Part shown: positions 1-6,613 of the stretch, in pieces | Layout of the letters: the number at the start of each line of letters is the position of its first letter | Numbering within the stretch: the first letter of the stretch is position 1 | IMG/VR virus record: IMGVR_UViG_3300045988_045918 | Coordinates: 1-16,393 of that record | Strand: one strand, 5' to 3' | Length of the DNA stretch: 16,393 nt | Source: a virus | Made by a program: the position numbers and the translations under genes | The notes under the pieces: model-generated | Told to the model about the DNA's origin: nothing | The model's database searches: none | Seen by the model: only the letters and a program-made list of their open reading frames with translations

Positions 1-33
1 CCTTAACTCCCTCGAAACCTTAAGAAATAATAC

Positions 34-62
34 TTGACAAAAAGTGGCCCATATGTTATAAT
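34..62 (+). promoter_or_regulatory. Sigma-A type promoter (ITR P1), reading inward
   Basis: TTGACA (34-39), 17-bp spacer, TATAAT (57-62), with an extended -10 TG at 54-55. The -35 lies within TACTTGAC. Confidence 0.8.
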
Positions 63-120
63 AGAATTGATACCCTAAAACACCTTATTTAATGTTAACA
101 AAATGTTCACATTTAAGTAC

Positions 121-149
121 TTGACTTACATCTAATTAAGATATATAAT
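121..149 (+). promoter_or_regulatory. Sigma-A type promoter (ITR P2), reading inward
   Basis: TTGACT (121-126), 17-bp spacer, TATAAT (144-149). The -35 is again within TACTTGAC (118-125). It lies about 40 nt upstream of the ATG at 192. Confidence 0.8.
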
Positions 150-191
150 AAATATAGAAACAACATAAACAATAACAAGGAGGAATAAACT

Positions 192-581
192 ATGACAAAG
201 GAACAGATTATCCAAGCACTCAGGAATGACTACGCTGATTGTATGCATCGTTCGGCACACCTTGAAGAATCAAGCAACGACGAATACCTCGAAGGAGTCC
301 TTGACGGACGTGCGCGTGGTGCGTTGCACGCTATTGAATTACTAAAGCAACTTGAACCAAATTCCAGAGAAATAAAGAAAACCGCAAATGTAGCCTTACG
401 TGATTTATATCTCATTAATAGTGATTGGACTTCTAACTCAATATTGCATATTAAATGCGGTTATTGTGCCCCAACTGAGGATATGACAGCGCACGAAGCA
501 ATTGTACGTTTTGGAACTAATATAGTACGTTTATTTACTGAAAATCACGTGTCTATTTTCCCTAGAGAACCAGAATCTTAA
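192..581 (+). CDS. Hypothetical early protein (129 aa). The first 92 codons are encoded inside the left ITR. Paralog of 15876..16202.
   Basis: Strong RBS AAGGAGG (177-183) 8 nt before the ATG. It lies downstream of two consensus promoters. The N-terminal 92 aa are identical to the right-end copy. I recognise no motif. Confidence 0.85.
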   Translation: MTKEQIIQALRNDYADCMHRSAHLEESSNDEYLEGVLDGRARGALHAIELLKQLEPNSREIKKTANVALRDLYLINSDWTSNSILHIKCGYCAPTEDMTAHEAIVRFGTNIVRLFTENHVSIFPREPES

Positions 582-611
582 GAATTTGTTCACACTCTGT
601 TCATATTTACT

Positions 612-620
612 TGATATAAT
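612..620 (+). promoter_or_regulatory. Possible extended -10 promoter upstream of the 75-aa ORF
   Basis: TGaTATAAT at 612-620, preceded by TACTTGA (608-614), which resembles the TACTTGAC box of the ITR promoters. There is no good -35 at 17-bp spacing. Confidence 0.4.
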
Positions 621-645
621 GAAATCATAAGGAGGTGAACATAAG

Positions 646-873
646 ATGCTAAAGACATTATTTGAGCAGATGATTGAACAATACGGAAATTGGAATTTTT
701 ACAAGATGCCCCGTTCTGATTCGCCTTTTTCCAAATACATGTTCACCCCTCAAGGCGATACATTCATGATGATAGTTGAACTTGACATGATGTATCATGA
801 GAAAGAATTACCAGTATTACTCACATTGATAAACAGAGATATTTACAAAATTTTGTCAATCAAATTTTACTAA
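646..873 (+). CDS. Hypothetical early protein (75 aa)
   Basis: Very strong RBS AAGGAGGTGA (630-639) before the ATG at 646. Co-oriented with the early operon. No recognisable motif. Confidence 0.75.
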   Translation: MLKTLFEQMIEQYGNWNFYKMPRSDSPFSKYMFTPQGDTFMMIVELDMMYHEKELPVLLTLINRDIYKILSIKFY

Positions 874-1008
874 CCAGTTGTCAACGCCTACACCTAACCA
901 ATAACAATTCACAGAAACCCCACTCACAGAGATGCGTATAAAATGTCAAGTAGGCGTTAACATAAATAAGCCATTAACTAAATCAAACAAGAAAAGGAGA
1001 CAAACACC

Positions 1009-1305
1009 ATGGCAAAAGAATCAATGGTAACAAGAACAATCATCAGCACCCAGGTAACTGTATTAGGCGTAGACGAGGTAGCTGGAGAAGCAACAAACGC
1101 AACCTACAACCTGCCCGGAGATTACACCGATAAGGCAAAGGCCCTTAAGGCAGTAATCAAAGCCAACACTGTAGAAACCTACCATCCCTCTGTCGTAGTA
1201 GACATGAAAAAGGAAGAGCGTGTTTTAGGTATTCCTGTATCCAAGTTCATGGAACTCGCAGTAGAGGTAGAACGTCCAAAGTCTCAGCAGAAGAAAGAAG
1301 CGTAA
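1009..1305 (+). CDS. Putative phi29 p6-like histone-like dsDNA-binding protein (98 aa)
   Basis: RBS AAGGAG. The size, the MAK.. N-terminus and the C-terminal segment RVLGIPVSKFMELAVEVERPK resemble phi29 p6 as I recall it (..VYELPVEKFLEVATVRVEK..). The position is syntenic: p6, p5, TP, DNAP. Confidence 0.55.
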   Translation: MAKESMVTRTIISTQVTVLGVDEVAGEATNATYNLPGDYTDKAKALKAVIKANTVETYHPSVVVDMKKEERVLGIPVSKFMELAVEVERPKSQQKKEA

Positions 1306-1339
1306 CCAACAACCACAACAACGAAAAGGAGATTAAACC

Positions 1340-1693
1340 ATGACAATTACAACTATGAGTAGTGAGAACTTCACCAAGGCAGAACTTTACAGGATGACAA
1401 AAAGCCCGTCAATCGTTTCAGTTAAGGCCATTCCTGACGGAACGATAATGACACCAATAGGGTGGTTGACATTTGACGATGAGAACAACAAAGGAGAAGT
1501 TTCCCACATGCTTTCCATCATCGGAGTAGGCGAGGACGACCAGGAGGTAGTATGGTCTTGTCAGTCACAGACGTTCAAGGACAATTTCATGGACTTGTGG
1601 GAATTGTTCAAGGGTGACACATTCAAGATTAAGAAGTTATCAGGCGAAACGAAAGCAGGACTTGAGTACGTTAACTGTGACCTTGCAGTATAG
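1340..1693 (+). CDS. Putative phi29 p5-like single-stranded DNA-binding protein (117 aa)
   Basis: RBS AAGGAG. AIPDGTIMTPIGW and DTFKIKKLSGETKAGLEYVNCDL resemble phi29 p5 as recalled (NLPDGTIIEANAI; ETFKVKVVQGTSSKGNVFFSLQL). The position between the p6-like gene and the TP/DNAP genes is syntenic. Confidence 0.6.
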   Translation: MTITTMSSENFTKAELYRMTKSPSIVSVKAIPDGTIMTPIGWLTFDDENNKGEVSHMLSIIGVGEDDQEVVWSCQSQTFKDNFMDLWELFKGDTFKIKKLSGETKAGLEYVNCDLAV

Positions 1694-1705
1694 AACGGAA
1701 TAACC

Positions 1706-1733
1706 GGGGAGGGAAACCTCCCCACTATTTTAT
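1706..1733 (+). terminator. Stem-loop, possible attenuator or partial terminator between the SSB and the TP/DNAP block
   Basis: GGGGAGG (1706-1712), GAAA tetraloop, CCTCCCC (1717-1723), then ACTATTTTAT. The U-tract is interrupted, so it is probably leaky. Confidence 0.45.
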
Positions 1734-1752
1734 CCAATCAGGAGGTGTTAAC

Positions 1753-1896
1753 ATGGATATGATATGTTGTGAAAACTGTAGGTATTTCAATCGTAACGTT
1801 AGGGAAGAGCCATGTTTATCCTGTTCATTCACTCAAGACAGGATAGAATATTGGGAACCAATCATAGAGGAGGTATACGATGGCGAAGAAACCTAA
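1753..1896 (+). CDS. Small Cys-rich (zinc-ribbon-like) protein, 47 aa, absent from the ORF track
   Basis: Hand translation gives MDMICCENCRYFNRNVREEPCLSCSFTQDRIEYWEPIIEEVYDGEET*. AGGAGGTG RBS (1740-1747) lies about 5 nt before the ATG at 1753. Two CxxC pairs (C6/C9 and C21/C24). The stop overlaps the start of the TP gene by 17 nt. Confidence 0.55.
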   Translation: MDMICCENCRYFNRNVREEPCLSCSFTQDRIEYWEPIIEEVYDGEET

Positions 1897-2581
1897 AACA
1901 ACCGATTTACGTAAAACGCAATTATCAGACGTACAGAAGCAATACCGCAAAGAACGCCGCCGTATCCAGCGTCAGATACGCCGTATGGAGAACCGAGCCT
2001 ATGACGTTCCCTCATTACTACCAGATATACCTAAGCGCATCACCAAAGCAAGTGTTAACAAGCTTAAGAAAATTACCACCGAATACCTGTACTCACGGTC
2101 ACGCTATATTGACACAGAAACAGGTGAAATCCTAACAGGCGAACAAGGGCGTAAGCAGGAACGCAAGGAAGCCGCGCAGAGAGCGGCGCAGACGCGTAAG
2201 GAACGCAAGCGTGAATCAGTAATACCCCCAAGGCAACCAGTAACCCCTCCAGCAGAAGTTGAGTACGTGGATTTCACGAATCAGATATTTACTGTATTCC
2301 AGATGGAAATGACTCAGATATACGGACGCAATGAAAGGTTGTTCAATTACCTTACACGCTGGTTCAACATGGCACGAGCACGTTATGGCGATGAGGACTT
2401 CGCGGAAGCCTTAGAGCAATCAAAGGCAGACGGTATGTGGCCTGGATGGGAAGGTGTATCCGATACAGAAATACTGGTCGGAAAGTTAACTGGAATCCTT
2501 GAATTAATAGGTGGTACAGCAGGTGGTCGTGAGGAAATCATCGAGAGCCTGGAAGCAGGTGAGGAATGGGAAGAAGTCTGA
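1880..2581 (+). CDS. Candidate terminal protein (TP) for protein-primed replication (233 aa)
   Basis: RBS GAGGAGG (1866-1872). It lies immediately upstream of, and overlaps, the protein-primed DNA polymerase, as phi29 gene 3 does with gene 2. The N-terminal half is very K/R-rich and the C-terminus is acidic. The size is close to phi29 TP (266 aa). The call rests on position and composition; I recognise no direct motif. Confidence 0.6.
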   Translation: MAKKPKTTDLRKTQLSDVQKQYRKERRRIQRQIRRMENRAYDVPSLLPDIPKRITKASVNKLKKITTEYLYSRSRYIDTETGEILTGEQGRKQERKEAAQRAAQTRKERKRESVIPPRQPVTPPAEVEYVDFTNQIFTVFQMEMTQIYGRNERLFNYLTRWFNMARARYGDEDFAEALEQSKADGMWPGWEGVSDTEILVGKLTGILELIGGTAGGREEIIESLEAGEEWEEV

Positions 2582-4485
2582 CAGAATTTATAGAACCACA
2601 ACTATTGGAGGATTATAAGAATGTGCGAACACGCAATTATGAGTACTATGTTTGTGACTTTGAAACAACGGTTTTTAAAGACCAAACCTATACAGAAGTA
2701 TGGGCCGCAGCATTTGTCAAACTCTGGTCAGAAGATGTAGAAATTTATCATTCTATCAACGAGTTTCTTGACGGAGTATTTGACTTAGGATGTAATGTAA
2801 TAGGATACTTCCATAACCTTAAGTTTGATGGTAATTTTATTATAGATTACCTTCTGAGAAACAACTACAAGTGGAACAGAACATCCGAACGTAACATGAA
2901 TAACAATGATTTTAAGTGCTCTATCAGCGATAGAGGTGCATGGTACACAATTACTATTAAGCATAAGAACAACATCATTGAGTTTAGGGATTCACTAAAG
3001 CTTTTACCTTTCAGTGTAGAACGCATTGGCAAGTCATTTAAGACGAAACACAAGAAGCTTAACATGGAATACGAGGGGTTCAGATTTGCAGGATGCGTGA
3101 TAACTCCAGAGGAAATAGAATATATAGCTAATGATGTATTAGTAGTTAAAGAAGCACTTGAAATCATGTTTGAGAGAGGGCATCAAAAACTAACAATTGG
3201 TTCCTGCTGTCTGGAGGAGTTTAAGCAGACGTATGACAAGCAGGATTATAAGAACTTTTTTCCTGATTTAACGGAGGTGGAAATAGATGAGCAGACATAT
3301 GGAGAACAAACAGCCGATGCATACATCCGTCATAGTTACCGTGGAGGATATTGCTACCTTGTTAAAGGAAAAGAGAATCGTATATACAACCGAGGATGGA
3401 CAGCAGATATCAATAGTTCTTACCCTTCAAACATGTCATCAGAATCAGGAAACTACTACCCGGTTGGAAAGCCACAGTTTTGGACAGGAGAAATTCCAGA
3501 AGTGGCTAAAGAAAACTATTATTTTGTCAGAATCAGATGTAGATTTCAGGTAAAACCGGGGATGTTACCAACGGTACAGATTAAAGGAAGCTTTCTGTAC
3601 GTAGGAACAGACTACCTAACTACAAGTGATTATTACGATTATAGCACAGGAACCTACAAACGTTATTACATGAAAAACGGAAAGTTTCACGATAGCTACG
3701 TAACCATGACAATGACAGGCGTTGATTACGAGTTGTTCCTTAAGCATTACAATGTATTTGACCTACAAATACTGGACGGATGCTGGTTCAGGCAGGAGAT
3801 TGGGTTATTTGATGAGTATATGTATAAGTATAAGAAGATTAAGGAGAACAGCAAGGATGCCGAAAGAGAGTTGGCAAAACTTTACCTTAATAACCTGTAT
3901 GGCAAGTTCTCATCCAACGACCTTTCAAGTTATAAGGTTCCGTATATTAATGACAAGAATGTTTTAGGTTTTGAAATAGTAGAAGAGCACGAGAAGAAGC
4001 CGGGGTTCATAGCGGTCGGAAGTGCAATCACATCATATGCAAGGAGGTTCGTAATCAATGCCGCGCAAGCTAATTATCAAGGGCCGGATAGGGACGGTTT
4101 CATATACTGCGATACAGATTCCATTCATTGTAGTGGCAATCCTAATGACGCAAAAGGAATTAAGATTCATCCTACAAATTTCTGTGCATGGAAACTCGAG
4201 AGTTATTGGGACAAAGCGATTTTTGTTAGGCAGAAAACGTATATTGAGCATGTCACTCACAACGATGGGGAACCAGTAGAACCATATTACTCAATCAGGT
4301 GCGCTGGTATGGGCGAGAAAGCAAAGCAGGAGTTCCTTAAAGAACATGATATACATGAGTTTAAAGAAGGGCTTAAGCTTAATAACATGTTAAAACCAGT
4401 AAGAATGCCTGGAGGAATTGTATTGGTAAATAAGGGTTATCATATGACTCCAAAGAGATTTAACAAGTTCCAGGAAGAAAAGTAA
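2566..4485 (+). CDS. Protein-primed family-B DNA polymerase (phi29 gp2-like)
   Basis: Motifs nearly identical to phi29 DNAP as recalled: ExoI YVCDFETT, ExoII YFHNLKFDGNFI, ExoIII YIANDVLVV, motif A DINSSYPS, motif B KLYLNNLYGKF, motif C YCDTDSIH, and KxY RQKTYIE. The ATG at 2566 follows AGGTGA. An in-frame GTG at 2623 after GGAGG (2606-2610) is an alternative start. Confidence 0.97.
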   Translation: MGRSLTEFIEPQLLEDYKNVRTRNYEYYVCDFETTVFKDQTYTEVWAAAFVKLWSEDVEIYHSINEFLDGVFDLGCNVIGYFHNLKFDGNFIIDYLLRNNYKWNRTSERNMNNNDFKCSISDRGAWYTITIKHKNNIIEFRDSLKLLPFSVERIGKSFKTKHKKLNMEYEGFRFAGCVITPEEIEYIANDVLVVKEALEIMFERGHQKLTIGSCCLEEFKQTYDKQDYKNFFPDLTEVEIDEQTYGEQTADAYIRHSYRGGYCYLVKGKENRIYNRGWTADINSSYPSNMSSESGNYYPVGKPQFWTGEIPEVAKENYYFVRIRCRFQVKPGMLPTVQIKGSFLYVGTDYLTTSDYYDYSTGTYKRYYMKNGKFHDSYVTMTMTGVDYELFLKHYNVFDLQILDGCWFRQEIGLFDEYMYKYKKIKENSKDAERELAKLYLNNLYGKFSSNDLSSYKVPYINDKNVLGFEIVEEHEKKPGFIAVGSAITSYARRFVINAAQANYQGPDRDGFIYCDTDSIHCSGNPNDAKGIKIHPTNFCAWKLESYWDKAIFVRQKTYIEHVTHNDGEPVEPYYSIRCAGMGEKAKQEFLKEHDIHEFKEGLKLNNMLKPVRMPGGIVLVNKGYHMTPKRFNKFQEEK

Positions 4486-4507
4486 CAATATTTGCGCAAG
4501 TATTGTT

Positions 4508-4540
4508 AAAGGGAGGATAAGATTATCCTCCCTTTTATAT
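4508..4540 (+). terminator. Intrinsic terminator of the early/replication operon, possibly bidirectional
   Basis: AAAGGGAGGATA-AGAT-TATCCTCCCTTT: a 9-12 bp GC-rich stem (4508-4519 / 4524-4535) followed by TTTTATAT. The A-tract upstream allows some function on the minus strand. It is preceded by a near-palindrome, CAATATTTGCGCAAGTATTG (4486-4505). Confidence 0.8.
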
Positions 4541-4646
4541 CTGAACAGATGGTCTATAAAGTGGGTTTCCAATACCCTATACCCCATCGGCATGTTTTAC
4601 CATGTGGATTCCGACAGCGGCAAATTATAGATAACACCTGTAGATA

Positions 4647-5678
4647 CTAATATGATAAAAGTTTTATAAGCATCTGTTTGCAGTCCAGGTTCTTGAATCT
4701 GAAACACCCCTGGTTGAACAGCATACGGAAATGATTGATTAACAGCGCATTCTTTGCTATCATAACATAGTTTATGTTGTGGTCGTCTGTAGTTAATGAA
4801 AGCTTATATGGGAAGCTACTGTCATAGTTATCAGTAACATACATGATACCCAATCCGTCATACTCATAGATGGCGTAGTGCTTCTTAAGGTACTTGACGG
4901 TGTAGCAATACCTTCCACGCCCCTCAGGCTTATCTATGAATGAGAAGTTATCGTTAAGGTATACATTCTGACTAGCGTACATAACATAATCGCTGGACGC
5001 AAATGCCCGGTTGAATCCCGAGTCAAGTTGTGCGTCACTAGCAGATTTAATGAAACCTTGCTCAAGAACAAACCCATCACCTCTCAGGAAATTAGTTTCC
5101 TTTTTAAGTCTGTCACTTATTCCAAGGCTTGCGTAGTAAGGATTAAGTAAGCTTACTGTATTTCCACACATGTACACAGGCACGTAACGAATCTGCTTAC
5201 CGTTACCACGGGCAATACTTGTATGCACGGATAACAGCTTACGGATTTCATCCGTGCAGTATTTGTTTGTCTCGCTCTGGAACTCATCCATCATCATGCG
5301 TTCTACATCATTGAAAAGGTGGCTATATTTCTTGATTGCGTCAGCGTTATTAAGCGCAATAGCATAACCGCATGGCTCATCATTTAGGAACATTTCGTGG
5401 AAGATACCTTTAGCCATAGGACGGCTTGTCATTTCATCATCAGGGAAGAACAAACCGTGAATATCCTTAAAGAATTTTTCTGCACAATCTGACAACTCAT
5501 AGTTGAATCTATAAATCAGGCAGAACTTACCTTTTCCCTGTTTAAACTTCTTAACAAGATAACGGCTAAACCATGTGGTCTTACCACCTGTTCGGTTGGT
5601 AGTAACCATAAACAGTTCTGGTTCACGACCGTTAAGGTCTTTCATGGACAGCAATTTGGTCCCGTCATAGTAAGCCAT
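4647..5678 (-). CDS. DNA encapsidation/packaging ATPase (phi29 gp16-like)
   Basis: 343 aa, versus 332 aa for phi29 gp16. Walker A TNRTGGKTT, Walker B MMMDEFQ. RBS AAAGGAG 6 nt before the ATG. It is the only clear internal gene on the minus strand (the right-ITR paralog at 15876..16202 is also on minus). Confidence 0.88.
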   Translation of the reverse strand: MAYYDGTKLLSMKDLNGREPELFMVTTNRTGGKTTWFSRYLVKKFKQGKGKFCLIYRFNYELSDCAEKFFKDIHGLFFPDDEMTSRPMAKGIFHEMFLNDEPCGYAIALNNADAIKKYSHLFNDVERMMMDEFQSETNKYCTDEIRKLLSVHTSIARGNGKQIRYVPVYMCGNTVSLLNPYYASLGISDRLKKETNFLRGDGFVLEQGFIKSASDAQLDSGFNRAFASSDYVMYASQNVYLNDNFSFIDKPEGRGRYCYTVKYLKKHYAIYEYDGLGIMYVTDNYDSSFPYKLSLTTDDHNINYVMIAKNALLINHFRMLFNQGCFRFKNLDCKQMLIKLLSY

Positions 5679-5712
5679 GCCTAACTCCTTTCAAACTATA
5701 GTTTCTCTAATT

Positions 5713-5741
5713 ATTGTAACACATTTTCATTGACAAGTCAA
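5713..5741 (-). promoter_or_regulatory. Sigma-A type promoter for the packaging ATPase gene (leftward)
   Basis: On the minus strand: TTGACT (5741..5736), 17-bp spacer, TACAAT (5718..5713), with a TGn extended -10. The -35 is within TACTTGAC, the same box as in the ITR promoters. Confidence 0.7.
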
Positions 5742-5758
5742 GTATAATTTGATATAAT
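5730..5758 (+). promoter_or_regulatory. Sigma-A type promoter for the lysis and morphogenesis (late) operon (rightward)
   Basis: TTGACA (5730-5735), 17-bp spacer, TATAAT (5753-5758), with an extended -10 TG at 5750-5751. Its -35 abuts the -35 of the leftward promoter (5730-5735 versus 5736-5741). Confidence 0.75.
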
Positions 5759-5781
5759 AAAAGGTAGGAAGGAGGTGTAAC

Positions 5782-5973
5782 ATGAATGATATTGCTAGTA
5801 TCATAAGTACGGTTGGGTTTCCAATTGCGCTTACCCTGATTCTGTTATGGTATATCTATGACAGCAACAATAAGCACAAGGAAGAAATCGACAAAATGTC
5901 AGAGGCATTGAACAACAATACCCTTGCGCTGACAAAATTGTTAGACAGGATGGAGAGTGATAAACATGTTTAA
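5782..5973 (+). CDS. Holin, BhlA/UviB-like (63 aa)
   Basis: One N-terminal transmembrane segment (ISTVGFPIALTLILLWYIY) followed by a charged coiled C-terminal part, which is the architecture of BhlA/UviB holins. It lies directly upstream of, and overlaps (ATGTTTAA), the muramidase gene. RBS AAGGAGGTG. Confidence 0.7.
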   Translation: MNDIASIISTVGFPIALTLILLWYIYDSNNKHKEEIDKMSEALNNNTLALTKLLDRMESDKHV

Positions 5974-6613
5974 GGGGATTGATGTTTCCAGACACCAAGG
6001 CGAGATTGACTGGGAGAAGGTAATCGATTCTGAGCACTCAGATTTCGCAATCATACGCGCTGGGTTTGGAAATAATAACATTGATGCACAGGCAGAACGC
6101 AATATCGAATGGTGCGAGAAGCTTGGCATACCATACGGGTTATACTGGTTCAGCTATGCGTTACACCCTGACATGGCGAAACGTGAAGCAGAACATCTGA
6201 TTAACTTTGTTGGCTCAAGAAGGCCATCATATCCACTGGTCTATGACTTTGAGTATGACAGCGTTACGCACTGCACTAAGAACGGAGTTAAGGTAACAAG
6301 GGATTTTGTACTTAAATGCACAGAAGCATTTTGTGAACGTCTGGAAGAAGCAGGATTCTACGCTATGTTCTACTGCAACAATGATTATTTACAGAGGTAT
6401 TACCAGGGTTCACGATGTGCAGAAAAATATGACATGTGGTTCGCGCGATACGCCGCTAATCCAGGTAGACCAGTAACATTATGGCAGACTTCTGAATCCG
6501 GTAAGATACCGGGAATATCAGGTAGGTGCGACCTTGACCAGACAGAAAGGGATTACCCTTCTATAATTATCCGTAACAATCTTAACAATTGGAAGGATGT
6601 TTTACATGGCTAA
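5966..6613 (+). CDS. Endolysin, GH25 muramidase (lysozyme), catalytic domain only
   Basis: GIDVSRHQGEIDWEKV, FAIIRAG, a DFE acid pair (YDFEYD) and YWF are typical GH25 (Cpl-1-type) signatures. ATG at 5966 with GGAGAG 8 nt upstream. The ORF-track start at 5957 is an upstream GTG. No obvious cell-wall-binding domain. Confidence 0.88.
   Translation: MFKGIDVSRHQGEIDWEKVIDSEHSDFAIIRAGFGNNNIDAQAERNIEWCEKLGIPYGLYWFSYALHPDMAKREAEHLINFVGSRRPSYPLVYDFEYDSVTHCTKNGVKVTRDFVLKCTEAFCERLEEAGFYAMFYCNNDYLQRYYQGSRCAEKYDMWFARYAANPGRPVTLWQTSESGKIPGISGRCDLDQTERDYPSIIIRNNLNNWKDVLHG

Larger units (their letters stand above)
1..467. repeat. Left inverted terminal repeat (ITR), 467 bp, perfect reverse complement of 15927..16393
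   Basis: I reverse-complemented 15927..16393 and compared it with 1..467 block by block. There are no mismatches. The first mismatch is at 468 (g, versus a in the right-end reverse complement). Weak residual similarity continues beyond that point. Confidence 0.97.

Noticed and set aside
932-1030. 32-aa ORF (MRIKCQVGVNINKPLTKSNKKRRQTPWQKNQW) in the 874-1008 spacer
   Set aside because: It has no SD upstream and runs out of frame into the start of the p6-like gene. The spacer is better explained as a structured non-coding element.
1812-2135. 107-aa + strand ORF overlapping the Cys-rich ORF and the TP candidate in a third frame
   Set aside because: It has no RBS. It lies entirely within better-supported genes (1753..1896 and 1880..2581, both with strong SD sequences). 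Its R/T/S-rich composition is typical of an off-frame read of a basic protein gene.
3287-4279. Same-strand out-of-frame ORFs inside the DNA polymerase gene (3287..3553, 3722..3967, 4058..4279)
   Set aside because: The polymerase frame carries every conserved motif continuously across these positions. The alternative frames have no RBS and no recognisable features.
4390-4593. 67-aa minus-strand ORF covering the terminator region and the 3' end of the DNAP gene
   Set aside because: It runs straight through the strong terminator hairpin and antisense into the DNAP. It has no SD, so it is unlikely to be translated. The region is treated as non-coding or structured instead.
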